A stretch of 63,468 nucleotides of DNA, the filler included, from Perkinsus chesapeaki ATCC PRA-425 (Eukaryota > Protista > Perkinsozoa), in assembly GCA_013115145.1 (NCBI GenBank). It is 7 parts of 7 records of this genome, joined end to end, with 100 filler letters (N's around TTAATTAATTAA, not from the genome) between each part and the next. Parts side by side here need not be neighbours in the genome. Positions count along the whole stretch, not along the records: positions 21,597 to 40,034 come from JAAPAO010000662.1; 6 more parts are not named here. One strand, given 5' to 3'. The stretch's first letter is position 1, and every line of letters starts with the position of its first letter. This document shows positions 25,672 through 37,111 of this stretch, one piece after another. A program made the translations under genes and the position numbers. The notes beneath the pieces are model-generated. The model was not told where the DNA came from. It saw only the letters and a program-made list of their open reading frames with translations, and did not search any database.

Positions 25672-26949
25672 TCATAGTTGCGACTCAAACTCTCCAGGTG
25701 ATGGATGATTATAGTCTGAAAGATCGAAGTTGTATGGACGCAACTTAACCAGAGAATCTCTATCCAGACGTAGTTGACCATTAGGTTGACCTCCGGTAGT
25801 TACTGAGAGAGGGAACATAATTTCACTCTCTACATGCCAAGTAGGTGGGAAGTAGTTCTCTTTACAAATAATATCTCCACCAGGACGGGTAACTGTATAA
25901 TATTCAACGAAGTACTTATGCTTCTCAACCGACTCCCGAAGTATTTCACCAATGACATAACCTTCTCCAAGAAGATCTTCAACGAAGTAAAGATGATTAT
26001 GTGTCTTCTGTATCCACCCATATTTATCCAACTCCAATGACATAGTATGGTAACCAATACTCTTTATATAACCTCGACGATAACCAGCATGATCCATGAG
26101 AAGCTCAGAAACGCGGCGGGGGCTCAAACCTTGATCCGGACGAGCCTTGTAAACCATGGATACCATTTCTCTATCATCTGCTGTAGTACCACAAGGTCGA
26201 TAGTCGCCGTGTAGAGTTCTATCTACCAACACAAAGTGTCGAGATGTATCCAACTCTTGAGGTACAGCATCCAGTACATCAGTTCCGGAAAGACTGGCAC
26301 CAACTGCTGCTGGAGTAGTTGTTGCCGGTTCCAATCCTTGTTTCTCAGAACTGTGAGTCTTGCGCTCACTTAGGCCATGAGAGTCACCAACTCTAGCAGG
26401 GATAGGCGCAACGGGACCATCCACATCCATAGCGGCTCGAACGGACACGATAGGTACTTCACGAGCCTGGCTAGTGGGGTCTAGATGTCCAGAGAGGTTC
26501 AAGTGAATCAGCCTATCAACGTTGACTCTCGAACTTGGGCAAGGTGGACCGTAGAGAACAGACTTCAACAATACCGTATTATTCTGAGGATCTGAAACCA
26601 CATAAGGACCTCGCCAACGATAACTTAGTTTACTCTGTCGTTGTGGGGAACGCAGGCCAACCAAATCGCCTCCGGAAAAGTCCGGCAAAGACCTAGTCTG
26701 ATCATACTTATTCTTAGTATTCAAGCGAGCATCGATCAACGCCAATCGAACGCACACATGAGCTGTCTTCATAGCCTCAACCATGTCCACTGCCATGGAA
26801 TCAATTTCCAGGTCTGTTGGATCAGGCACGAGCTCCGTTCTCCGAACCATCAAATCGGGTAGAGAAGAGGGATTTCGACCACCATGAGTGATGAAATACG
26901 GCGAAAAAAGTCTACCACTTCCAACATTCGTATTATGAGCAAACGTCAC
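25672..26949 (-). mobile_element. Ty3/Gypsy integrase C-terminal region with a long extension; 5' part missing
   Basis: HNTNV...FSPYFITHGGRNP, KNKYDQ...FSGGDLVGL, SKLSYRWRGPYVV, VNVDRL (GPY/F module), followed by about 260 further aa. Confidence 0.85.
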
Positions 26950-27099
26950 TGGTTGAAGGAACTGTGGCCATATCCTTTCACGTCCACTACAAAGAATAGC
27001 GAGCGCATCCAGTGGGAACCTATGAGCACGGGACCATTGCGAGGGTCGTGTGGTTTCAACGAGCAGTTGACTCTGAGGTGCTCAAAAGGTAGCAGTTGG

Positions 27100-28660
27100 T
27101 GAATGGTGACACGAAGATTGCTCCGGGGTCCCCGATATTGTCACGCTAGAGCTACTTGCCGCATGTCTTGGATTACGACTCGCTGGGAGGCGTTTCCAAG
27201 GGGTTACGCCACGGCAGAGTTGCCGTTTTCGTAGACAATGAAGCCGTGAGAGGCATTCTTACTAAACTTTATTCGAAGGCGCCCGTCCTTGTTAAACTGC
27301 TCCGCCGCGCGGCCGGGTCTCTCTCGGAAGTTCCGAGTCGGAACTAACGCTGACCGGTTGGGGCGTGTAGCTTCGGAGGACAATGTCGTTGCTGATGACA
27401 TATCGAGATACAAATTTGCAGACATTCCCAGCCACTTGGAGCGGAACGACGTTGATGAAACTTGGCTCATGGCATGAGTGCTTGACGGTCATGGGTGTGC
27501 GTCATATAAGGTTTCCGGTGTGCGCTCTGCTGCGTTCTCGGTTTTAATCACCGCCGGCGATTCGCCGGCTCAGGGCGTGCTTAAGTTTTTGGCAATGAAT
27601 CGCAGATGCCACGCTACACATTTCTCGGGTGAAGCTCGTCGGGCCGGTGTTGATATTGAAGAGGAGGTGCAGAATTTGGTGAAGGATGCTTTGGCGCCGC
27701 CAAATTGGCGGTTAAGACTAAATCATCCTACTCGGCCGAGAAACTATATCGAGCGATCCTGCGTGGTGATTCGACTGAATCGACGCGATATACACCAATA
27801 TATCCGTGTACCGGGTTTGCCCTGGCACGTTTTGTCTGGTTGTCGTTATGTCTTCAGTGTTCAGCTATCCACACTCGACTATACGCTCTTACGTGTCGGC
27901 GGTCAAGACACTGAATACCGAGGCGGGGTATGTCTTAAAGAAGAAAGCAGATCTCGCAGTCAGCTCTAGAGCTCTAAAGGACACTGAGTCTCAGTGACTG
28001 AGACGTCGTCAGTCGAGATGTTGGTTGAGACGTTTTCTTCCCAAAAGGGCCAAGCCGTTATCAAAGACCAATTTGGGGGACATCGTGGGAGCCGATTTGT
28101 CATCAGAAGAGCGCATGCTCTCCATAGCGATTCTGTTGTCCACGTTCCTATTGTTAAGGGCAGATGAGTGCCTGGACCTGAACATGTCAGATATAACGTT
28201 TGTGACAAAACACAAAGTCGACGTGGCCAAAGTGAGAATAAGATGGGGAAAGAGAGACAAGATGGGTTTGGGAGCAACACGCAGGGTAGGCTCACGTGCC
28301 CTGCTTTGTACAGCCAGGCCTTGTGCGGAGCCTTCGTGCGCGATGCATAGATTGTATGATTATATGTTTGGATTCAAATTCAGAGAAGGCGGCGGGGATG
28401 TAAATCCGACGACAAGCACCCCAGTCTTTGGAGATTCTACAGGCGCTCGCTTGAAATATAAAATTTTCCTGAGTGGGACTAGACTCTAGTCACTAGAGGA
28501 CTCGTTGGCTCACAAATACAGTGGCGTGTCAAACTGGTCAGCTGTTGGTACCCAAAGCATGCGGAGAGCAGATGGGTTTCAAATGGATGTGTGCAGCCAA
28601 AATCCCGCGTTTTAACCGCCTGGCCTATGGCCGCTGGTCCATAAAGGCTCTTCGCTAGAA
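27100..28660 (+). mobile_element. Degenerate DIRS/Ngaro-like tyrosine-recombinase retrotransposon (RNaseH + YR)
   Basis: RNaseH (VAVFVDNEAV...VASEDNVVADDISR). YR N-terminal TIRSYVSAVK; catalytic domain LLRADECLDL, KRD, QSMRR (H of HxxR altered) and GRWS. Stops and frameshifts present. Confidence 0.82.
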
Positions 28661-29103
28661 ACTCATTACCCGAGTCAGGTGGCACGTTCACAGGAGTATA
28701 AGTACGCTTCGGCCATGTTGAATGGGGCTTATGATAGTTGCTGATTCTGCGGTTGCCCCAGCTTGGTTGCTGAGGAAGAAGGAGGGCATAATAAGCATGA
28801 CGTGCTTTTCACCCCCGCAGTGTGTTTGCGTTGTGAACTAGTGGCACTAGGTCTCGAAATCATATCTTGGTATACTATCACCAGACTAGCCGGCGCGGGT
28901 CTGAATGGGCGCAAGGACCTTACCGATTTTCTGTTTTGGCCCTTTGAAGTATAGGGAACTCACTTTTCCACACTCGGGCCCACGCGCCGTAGCGGAAGGA
29001 TTTAAAATTGTTTTAAAGTAATTATTATAATTGGTATATACTGTAATAATAACAGCTCAAATAGATAACAATGATAAACTGATATTAATATTACAAATGT
29101 TAT

Positions 29104-29402
29104 TATTATTAATAAGTAGTAGCATATCTCAAGTTATCAGGTATATTATTAATAAGTAGTAGCATATCTCAAGTTATCAGGTATATTATTAATNNNNNNN
29201 NNNNNNNNNNNNNNNNNNNNNNNNNNNNNNNNNNNNNNNNNNNNNNNNNNNNNNNNNNNNNNNNNNNNNNNNNNNNNNNNNNNNNNNNNNNNGAAGTAGC
29301 ATATCTCAAGTTATCAGGTATATTATTAATAAGTAGCATATCTCAAGTTATCAGGTATATTATTAATAAGTAGCATATCTCAAGTTATCAGGTATATTAT
29401 TA
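29104..29402. repeat. 37/40-bp minisatellite (TATTATTAATAAGTAG[TAG]CATATCTCAAGTTATCAGGTA)n spanning an N gap and overlapping the TAPT1 stop codon
   Basis: Units read directly on both sides of the gap at 29194-29292. Confidence 0.93.
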
Positions 29403-31411
29403 ACATCTTGTGATGAATTCACTGCCATACCAACTGTTAATATACTAGTTATTATTTTACATAATAATAAACATAACCATAATAATAATCTAAACCTCCA
29501 TGTGCATTGTTTAGTTGTTGCTGGTATGTCTGCTAATAATATATTACTTAATATTAATGTTGTTAATGGTAATGGGCAAAAACATAACCTTGTTGTTGGA
29601 CAATGAGATACAGCCATTGAGTTACGATACGGTAATTCAGTAACATATTTATTATTATATGCTAATCCTCCTCCTGCTCCTCCTCCTCCTCCTCCTGCTG
29701 GTTTACTTTTCATTGGTAATGTTAATGGTGAAGAACGAGAATATAATACATCATGAAATAATAATTTTCTATATTCATCAAATACTTTAGAATCAATTAA
29801 ATTCTTTTTACATATACACCAAAATTTAAACCAATCTGTACCAATCTCAATAAATACCATAATAGCTATCCAAAAGAATACTTCAGCCATTGGCATTGGA
29901 TGCTTTTGTGGACTTGTCGACATTTTATATAACATAATACAAATATCAACAGCTAAATAAAATCTTTCAACCATATCTGAGCATGCTATTGGGAATAAAC
30001 CTTTTGAATCATATTTTTTAAATGTAGTTGATTTAATCTCAGCCATATTATTAGTAACAACAATCATAAACATACTTGTATCACCAACAGCAACAATTGC
30101 TATTGTTAAACATATCAATCTCGTAAAATGCATAAATGTATGTAATAATGTATATAATACTTCAAATATCCATGCTAATAATAATTTAATATCACTACTA
30201 CTAATACCATAACTACCACTACTATTATCATTATTATTATTACTACTAGTAGTAGTAGTAGTAGGAGATAATGCTCTTACTAACATAATATCAGTAAATG
30301 ATGAACCAAGATGTCTTACTAATCTTTCTAATGTTTCTAATGTATTAAACATAACATATAATTTCATCATTGATTGTCCTTTAATATAATGATATATAGT
30401 AGAAAAATCAACATGTTCCATAAATATACTTGTAGTTACTATTAATATACCAATCCTAGCCATATCTGACTTTTGAGTTGGTGATGGTATTTTATGGAAT
30501 ATTAACCATCTTAATATACCAATTATACATGATATTGGCATATATGTTAAATCATCTAATGTTGCATCCAAACATAACATAAAACCTATTAGGAGAATAT
30601 TAAATAATAATTACTATTACAACATTATTACCATATGTTAATGAATATTCCATTTTACCCGGCATTACTACTAAATCACTTAATCTATGCCCATCAGGCA
30701 ATACTTGTTTAAAATAAGGCCTCCTACTAAAAGAAGACACCCGGCGCCGCCGGCCCCACCACCCCCGCGCCGGCCGCCTTCCTCTTAATCTTATTACTCC
30801 TCCTCCTCCTCGTTTACCATTCTTCTTTTCAACCATACTTATATTCCTACATAATTATTATAATAGTAATCTTTCATTAACCATGCCCCCCGCACACCCT
30901 TATTTTACCTATTTCCTGTGTCATCTTCTTTTTCACCTTCTCCTTGTTCAGTAGTACTATTATTATATGACCTTCTCGATCCTATTTCATTATTAGTTAT
31001 ATGATGTAATGATGGTGATGTTGGTGGTGGTAGTGGTGGTGGATTCAAACCAAATATCTCAGTCCTTAATATTGTCCATATACTGCATTTACTAATACTT
31101 TTACCCGCTGACGACGATGATGATGATGATGATGATGATGATGTTGATGATAATGAGGTGTTGTTGTTGCTGGTAGTGGATAATGGAGTTGTTGTTGTTG
31201 TTGCTGTTGTATTATTATTAAATGTTAATGATTCAATCTTCTTCTTCTTGTTGTTGCTGTTTGTTGTTGTTGTTACTGCTGCTGCTGCTGCTGCTGCTTT
31301 TGGACTATGCCATACATTAATACCACTATTACCAAATACGAGCCCAGAAGATGATGATAAATTAGCTGATGCTGACCTTGTTGTTCTTGTTGTTGTTGAT
31401 AACATGATCAT
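29363..31411 (-). CDS. TAPT1: TAPT1/Emp65/POD1 (DUF747) ER membrane protein, multi-exon
   Basis: GFMLCLD, YHYIKGQSMMKLYVMFNTLETLERL, NNMAEIKSTTFKK, DMVERF, EIGTDWFKFWCICK match the family. Low-complexity N-terminal exons lie at 30600-31411. Confidence 0.88.
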
Positions 31412-31499
31412 TTCTTTATTATTCCTATTATATAATTATTATTACCAAACTCCTCCTCCTTTTCTATCACTTACTTATTATAATTCTTGTATCCCGCCC

Positions 31500-32560
31500 C
31501 TTCTTTATTGTTATTTGCCCTTTCTACTATTCTAGTATTATTATTCTTCTCAGTAATATCATCATCATCAACAAGCTCTTTATTATTATTATGATAAATA
31601 GGTAATGTTAAAGGTGTTTTATATAAACAATTAGAATTATTATTATCATCATCTCTTCTTCCTTCTTTTTCATGATCACCATCATAGTCATTAACTTCGT
31701 CATCATCTTCATCACCATCATTGTTATCTATTACTCTTATTACGCCCCTCCCTTCATTATCATTACCTAATAATAATAATCATCATACTTCTTCGTCTTC
31801 TTCGTAGTGATAGTCGTACTTCTACTGCTATACAACAACATACTTATTATAATTATCACCTTTATTTATAGTCCTGCCCCTATATTTACGTCGTTTATTA
31901 GTATTATCATATTTATTAGGTTTTCCTTTTATTATTCTTGTATTCATATGCCTCCCCTCCTCCTCCTCCTTCCCTTGCGGCTGTGATTGTTGTTTAATAG
32001 TTTTAAATCTATTATGCAACTTAAATATATTCTTATATCGTATTGATCTCTCATATAAACAACTCATATCACCATCATTATCATTTATTATATTATTAAT
32101 ACCATTATTAAATGATTTATTATTTGATATTATTAACGATGAATATTTATATCCACATGTATCATCATCAGCTACTCCTCTGTTATACCATTCATTTACT
32201 TTATTATTATCATTCATATCATCCACTCTATTGAAAGAGTCTAATCCTAGTCCTATACTATTATATATCCCTTCTTCCTCCTCCTCCTCATGATGATGAT
32301 CTTGTGATAATGATACTGTCGGCGGGGGCGGTGGCGATAATAGTGGTGGTGTTGATAAAACTCTCTTCTTCCTCTTCCTTGTTGTATTATTATAACATAG
32401 CAGGAGCCTAACTCCTCCTAACTCTGGTGCGCTATAATAACCATCGCTAATATCATCAACAACTACTGATGATGATGATATACTATTTTCATATTTAGAA
32501 TCATTTAAATAATTGTTATTATTGTCTGGTACCTATTAATATTATTATGATATTAATTAT
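31500..32560 (-). CDS. Hypothetical N/D-rich protein, spliced; boundaries uncertain
   Basis: ORF 31828-32226 plus coding-like segments (DDISDGYYSAPELGGVRLL) separated by AAT-rich GT-AG introns. Confidence 0.35.
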
Positions 32561-32800
32561 AATACAATATAATCTCACATGAATATTATCATTTACTGAT
32601 GTCATTTACTAATAATAACTATTAAGCAATATTATTATGATTATGCTTAAGATAATAACAACACTACAATAATATATTATTCCCAAAGATGATGCTATTA
32701 TTATCCTAGTATTATGTTAACTACTGCTAATACGATCATCATCATTATCATCATACCGCCTCCGCTGGTGGCGCTGCTGCCGTGGTAATAGTATTATTAT

Positions 32801-33347
32801 CTAGAACTTCATCTCATGAGGATACATACCATTACTAAGTGTAAAACGACACCTTAAATAACGAGGCATCATCTTATCCTTAGATATAATAGACATAATT
32901 GATTTATCCATATCCTTTTGATCAGCGATAAATTGACTAGATAATTTAGATTCCTTTTCTAAAGCAAAGAACTCTTCTTCAGTCTTCTTACCACTATGTT
33001 TATCTTGATAACTTTTACTGAAATATTCATCATTGAACTTATCAGTATTAATCTTAGATATATCAATCTTAGTAGATGTAGCAATAACATAAGATTGATT
33101 AGCTCTACGTAATGGCACACCATTAAGACGGAAAGGTCCAGTTACCAATAATAAACCAGAGTCCAATTGTTTAAGGAATACAACACGTTTACCACGATAA
33201 GGACCAGCTAATAAGATCAATACAGTACCTAATAATAAATATGATAATAAATAATATAATATTATTACCAGGAGTAATGGTTGATCTAAGCTTAGTAGGT
33301 CTAATATGAAGTTTACGAGTAGTACTACTGGTATTAGCCTTAACCAT
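32801..33347 (-). CDS. RPL6: 60S ribosomal protein L6 (eL6); exons 33347-33269 and 33228-32801
   Basis: LRSTITPG|TVLILLAGPYRGKRVVFLKQLDSGLLLVTGPFRLNGVPLRR...YVIATST...PHEMKF; 40-nt in-frame intron. Confidence 0.96.
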
Positions 33348-33557
33348 CTTGTTGTTAATGATGATGATGTTGTTGGGAATACAGGAATAGCACCACAAAA
33401 GGGGGGAAAGACCTCAACTACTCATCAAATCGATCAAAATTTACATAATCGATCACGCTATATGCGCGGCGGAGGCGTGGTAAAATGGCGGAGGTAGGTA
33501 TTTGTAGAGCAGTGTTGTTGTTATTATTAGTTATCATCATCTTTATTACGTGTTGAT
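33348..33557. promoter_or_regulatory. Short divergent (bidirectional) promoter between RPL6 and RPS15
   Basis: Head-to-head starts 210 bp apart, with a GC-rich patch (GCGCGGCGGAGGCGTGG...AAAATGGCGG) in AT-rich DNA. Confidence 0.55.
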
Positions 33558-34083
33558 ATGGCTGATACTACTGAGCAACATAAGAAGCGTACATTCCGTC
33601 ATTATTCTTATAGAGGTGTTGATCTTGATGATGTAATAATGATAATTATTATCTTGAATAATAATATCTTATTATTAGATTCTCGATTATTCTACCGAAC
33701 AGTTGATGCCTTTATTTAAGGCTCGTCAACGTCGGAAGTTTAGCAGGGGTATTAAATCAAATCCTATTACTCTACTTGCCAAGCTTAGAAAGGCTAAGAA
33801 GGCCACTCCATATGGTAACAACATCAACAACAACAGTCAATAAGAGTAGGATATGTTATTATTAGGTGAGAAACCTGAAGCTGTTAAGACACATATGCGC
33901 AATATGACTGTTGTACCTGAAATGGTTGGCTCAGTTGTTGGTGTATATAATGGTAAGAACTTCATTAATGTTGAGATTAAACCAGATATGATTGGTCATT
34001 ATCTTGGTGAATTCTCCATTACTTACAAGCCTATTAGCCATGGTCGTGCTGGTATGGCGGCTCGTTTCGTACCACTTAAGTAG
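33558..34083 (+). CDS. RPS15: 40S ribosomal protein S15 (uS19), 3 exons
   Basis: [25 protein letters not shown]|...RQRRKFSRG...KLRKAKK|[30 protein letters not shown]...[13 protein letters not shown]...RFVPLK*. Confidence 0.96.
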
Positions 34084-34202
34084 ATATAGATGATGATGAT
34101 AAGTAAATGGATGATGATGAACTACTAGTACTTGATGGCATCATTATTATTTTGTTGTGTTATTATAATAATATAGATTAAGTTGTTAATGAAAGTAATT
34201 AG

Positions 34203-35248
34203 TGATTCAGTACTTATTGGTGATATTATTAGTATTAATGTCATCATATAATAATAATGATGAACAACAGCATATAAGAAATGCAGCAGTTGGGAGCTTT
34301 GGTGGTAGAGTTGGACATAAGGCTGGTGGATTTATCGCTAAGAAATTCTTTCATCCGTCTAATCTTAAGAATCAAGAAAAGTAATATATAACATATTATA
34401 ATGGGTGGTTTAAGGATAATATGGTTTTAGATTATGGTTAAAAATGGAAGAAAAAAGAAAACATGAAAAAGAACAAGAAGAGTTAATGAAAAGAAGGGAA
34501 GAAGAAAGAAGAGTTGAATTACTAAGAGAGGAAATGTATCGCGCTACTGGTGAAGGTGGTAGTAGTAATATAATATCTAAACAATTAAAATGTGGTAAAC
34601 CTGGATTAATAACAACTACTCAACAAGTAGTAGTAGGATGGTGGTGGTGATGATGTGGATGATATTACTATTATCATTACTATGTTGTTGTTGTTTATTA
34701 GGGTAGTAGTAGTGGATCAATGATGAATGCACGACCACATGATGATGCTAGTAATGATAATCAATCTACACCTGAAGAGTTAGCTGCTAATGAGACTAAG
34801 AAAAGATTACATTCACTTAATAAGGAGGAGAAGGCAAATGAAGTAGTAATATAAATATAATAATATATATTGATATATAAGATTGATAATAATACGAATA
34901 GTGAAGATTATTATGATATACGAGAATCTAGATTGGTATTAAATAGTAGATATAAAGAAGATGAATTCATTAATGTAATGCTATTATTATTATTGTTCAA
35001 GTATCCTAGTATTATAGGGTCATACTAGTGTATGGGGGAGTTATTTTAATAATAATAAATGGGGTTATGCATGTTGTAAGGTAGTAATAATAATATTATT
35101 AGTAGTATGCTGTTGTTGTTATTATTGTTGTCGTTGTTAATAGATATGTCAACGTGATGCTATATGTCCATGTAAGAAGGATAAAATAAATGATGATAAT
35201 AACAGAAAACATAATAAAAGAAGTCGACGAAGTGTCGGTCATAAATAA
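34203..35248 (+). CDS. Cir_N (CWC25/CIR1-type) domain protein with a Slu7-like C-terminal motif; probable splicing factor
   Basis: FIAKKFFHPSNLKNQEK...EEKRKHEKEQEELMKRREEE (Cir_N-like). Exon 35018-35080 encodes GHTSVWGSYFNNNKWGYACCK, followed by ICQRDAICPC. Start codon uncertain. Confidence 0.75.
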
Positions 35249-35337
35249 GGTTTATTTTCTTAATATATACCGTATTGTTATTGTTGTTAACATTATTATA
35301 ATAACTATTAACTCAATAATAATTATATAATTTATTA

Positions 35338-35790
35338 TTATTCAACTTGTATATGCTGTCCACCACCTCCTCCTCCTTGTAACTGATTATTATCTGATAA
35401 TAATCTTTTTGTTCTTGTTAATATGTGAATATTAGATTTATAAGGGCATACACTTTTACACACAGTCATTAAACATGTTATACCAATAATACTTTGAATT
35501 ATACCAATAATAATATATAATAAACCAGATTCAATAATACATAATAATCCAATAAATATATAATATATACCACGGGCCCATAAATAACTTAATATTTTAA
35601 CATTATCAAACCTATTATTATCACTAATAATAATCAACCTACTACTTATAATAATGTATATTATTATTACAATATAATTTGATATTGCTTATAGCTGCTG
35701 CTGCTGCTGTTGTTGGTGTTGGTGTTGGTATTTCCTGACATACAGTCTGGAAGTGTTGTAGCTTCCATTAATATTGTTATTATAGACATA
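35338..35790 (-). CDS. Small multi-pass membrane protein, COPI-associated/TVP15-like
   Basis: RFDNVKILSYLWARGIYYIFIGLL plus a further TM helix resembles the F..L..Y.GRG.FYIF.G motif. 5' exons uncertain. Confidence 0.5.
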
Positions 35791-36255
35791 AATAATATAA
35801 ATATATTGAGGATATAATAAAATGGATGTAATGGTATAATAAATATATTAATAATTGATAATAATGATATTATACTACATAATACACCACTAACGAAACA
35901 AGATACACTTAAAGCACTAGGTCCGTGTTCAATATAATAGTATAATTGAGGTATCTAATAATAATAATATCTATATACCACCACATTATATTATGCGATA
36001 TGGTATACCTCAACCATAAGACTGCCATCTTCTACTGATAATAAGGTATCTCTTCCACCATATTCCCATATATTATTTGATAATATCTAATAATAAATAA
36101 TAATAATAAATAATAATTATATATTATTACAATATTATGATGCCCATTATTCGATGATGACATTATTAATATAACTATTAATAATAAACTAATAAACAAC
36201 TAAAGTGATATGTTATAATACGGAAACTAACATCGCATTGTCATCTTAATCTAAG

Positions 36256-36873
36256 TTATTGATTAATCTCACCACAATCATCAATAATAACTTGTTTACG
36301 TGGTTGTCCACTTTGACTACCAATAGATTCCATTTTTTTAATTATATCCATACCATTAATAACTTTACCAAATACAACATGTTTACCATCTAACCATGGT
36401 GTTGGTACTGTAGTAATAAAGAATTGGCTACCATTAGTATTAGGACCAGCATTAGCCATACTTAATAATCCACCTTCAGTATGACGTAATTTAAAATTCT
36501 CATCTTTAAATTTCATACCATATATAGATTCACCACCAGTACCATTACCTCTGGTAAAATCACCACCTTGACACATAAATTGTGGTATTATTCTATGAAA
36601 TGATGACCCTTTATAACATAATGCTTTACCACTATGTCCAATACCTTTTTCACCACTACATAGACATCTAAAGTTTTCAGCAGTTTTAGGTACAACATCT
36701 GAAGATGATGAAGAATAGTGCTATTATCTAGTGCTGCTGTTGTTATTACCATTAAATAGTTCCATTTCTATTCTACCAGCTCTAGCACCAGCAATACTAA
36801 TATCAAAGAATACACGTGATCTAGCTGCAGCAGCGGTGGCGGAAGCACTTAATGAACCAAAACGACGTAACAT
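36256..36873 (-). CDS. Cyclophilin-type peptidyl-prolyl isomerase with a probable mitochondrial transit peptide; intron 36749-36699
   Basis: [25 protein letters not shown]...ELFN|[14 protein letters not shown]...[16 protein letters not shown]...[18 protein letters not shown]...[10 protein letters not shown]. Confidence 0.95.
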
Positions 36874-37111
36874 TATGATAATAATAACAACTAAGACAAT
36901 TGGTGGAGGAGGGTATTAACAGCCACCATCAATAAACACTGATTATATGGGTTATAAACTGTAGATTGAACAACTATCGGGGGCTACTACGGCTAATAAT
37001 GGCTGCCGCGTACGCCATAACAATCGATTATTTGGGTAGTAGCCGCCTTGTTGTTGTCGGGCCTATTTTACAACTTGTTGTTTTAGTAGTAGTCTTAGAG
37101 ATGTCATAGAG

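Noticed and set aside
31158-31535. Hydrophobic poly-V/L/A ORFs on the strand opposite real genes (also 24083-24445, 39407-39862, 62608-63135)
   Set aside because: Antisense shadows of low-complexity or TE coding sequence.
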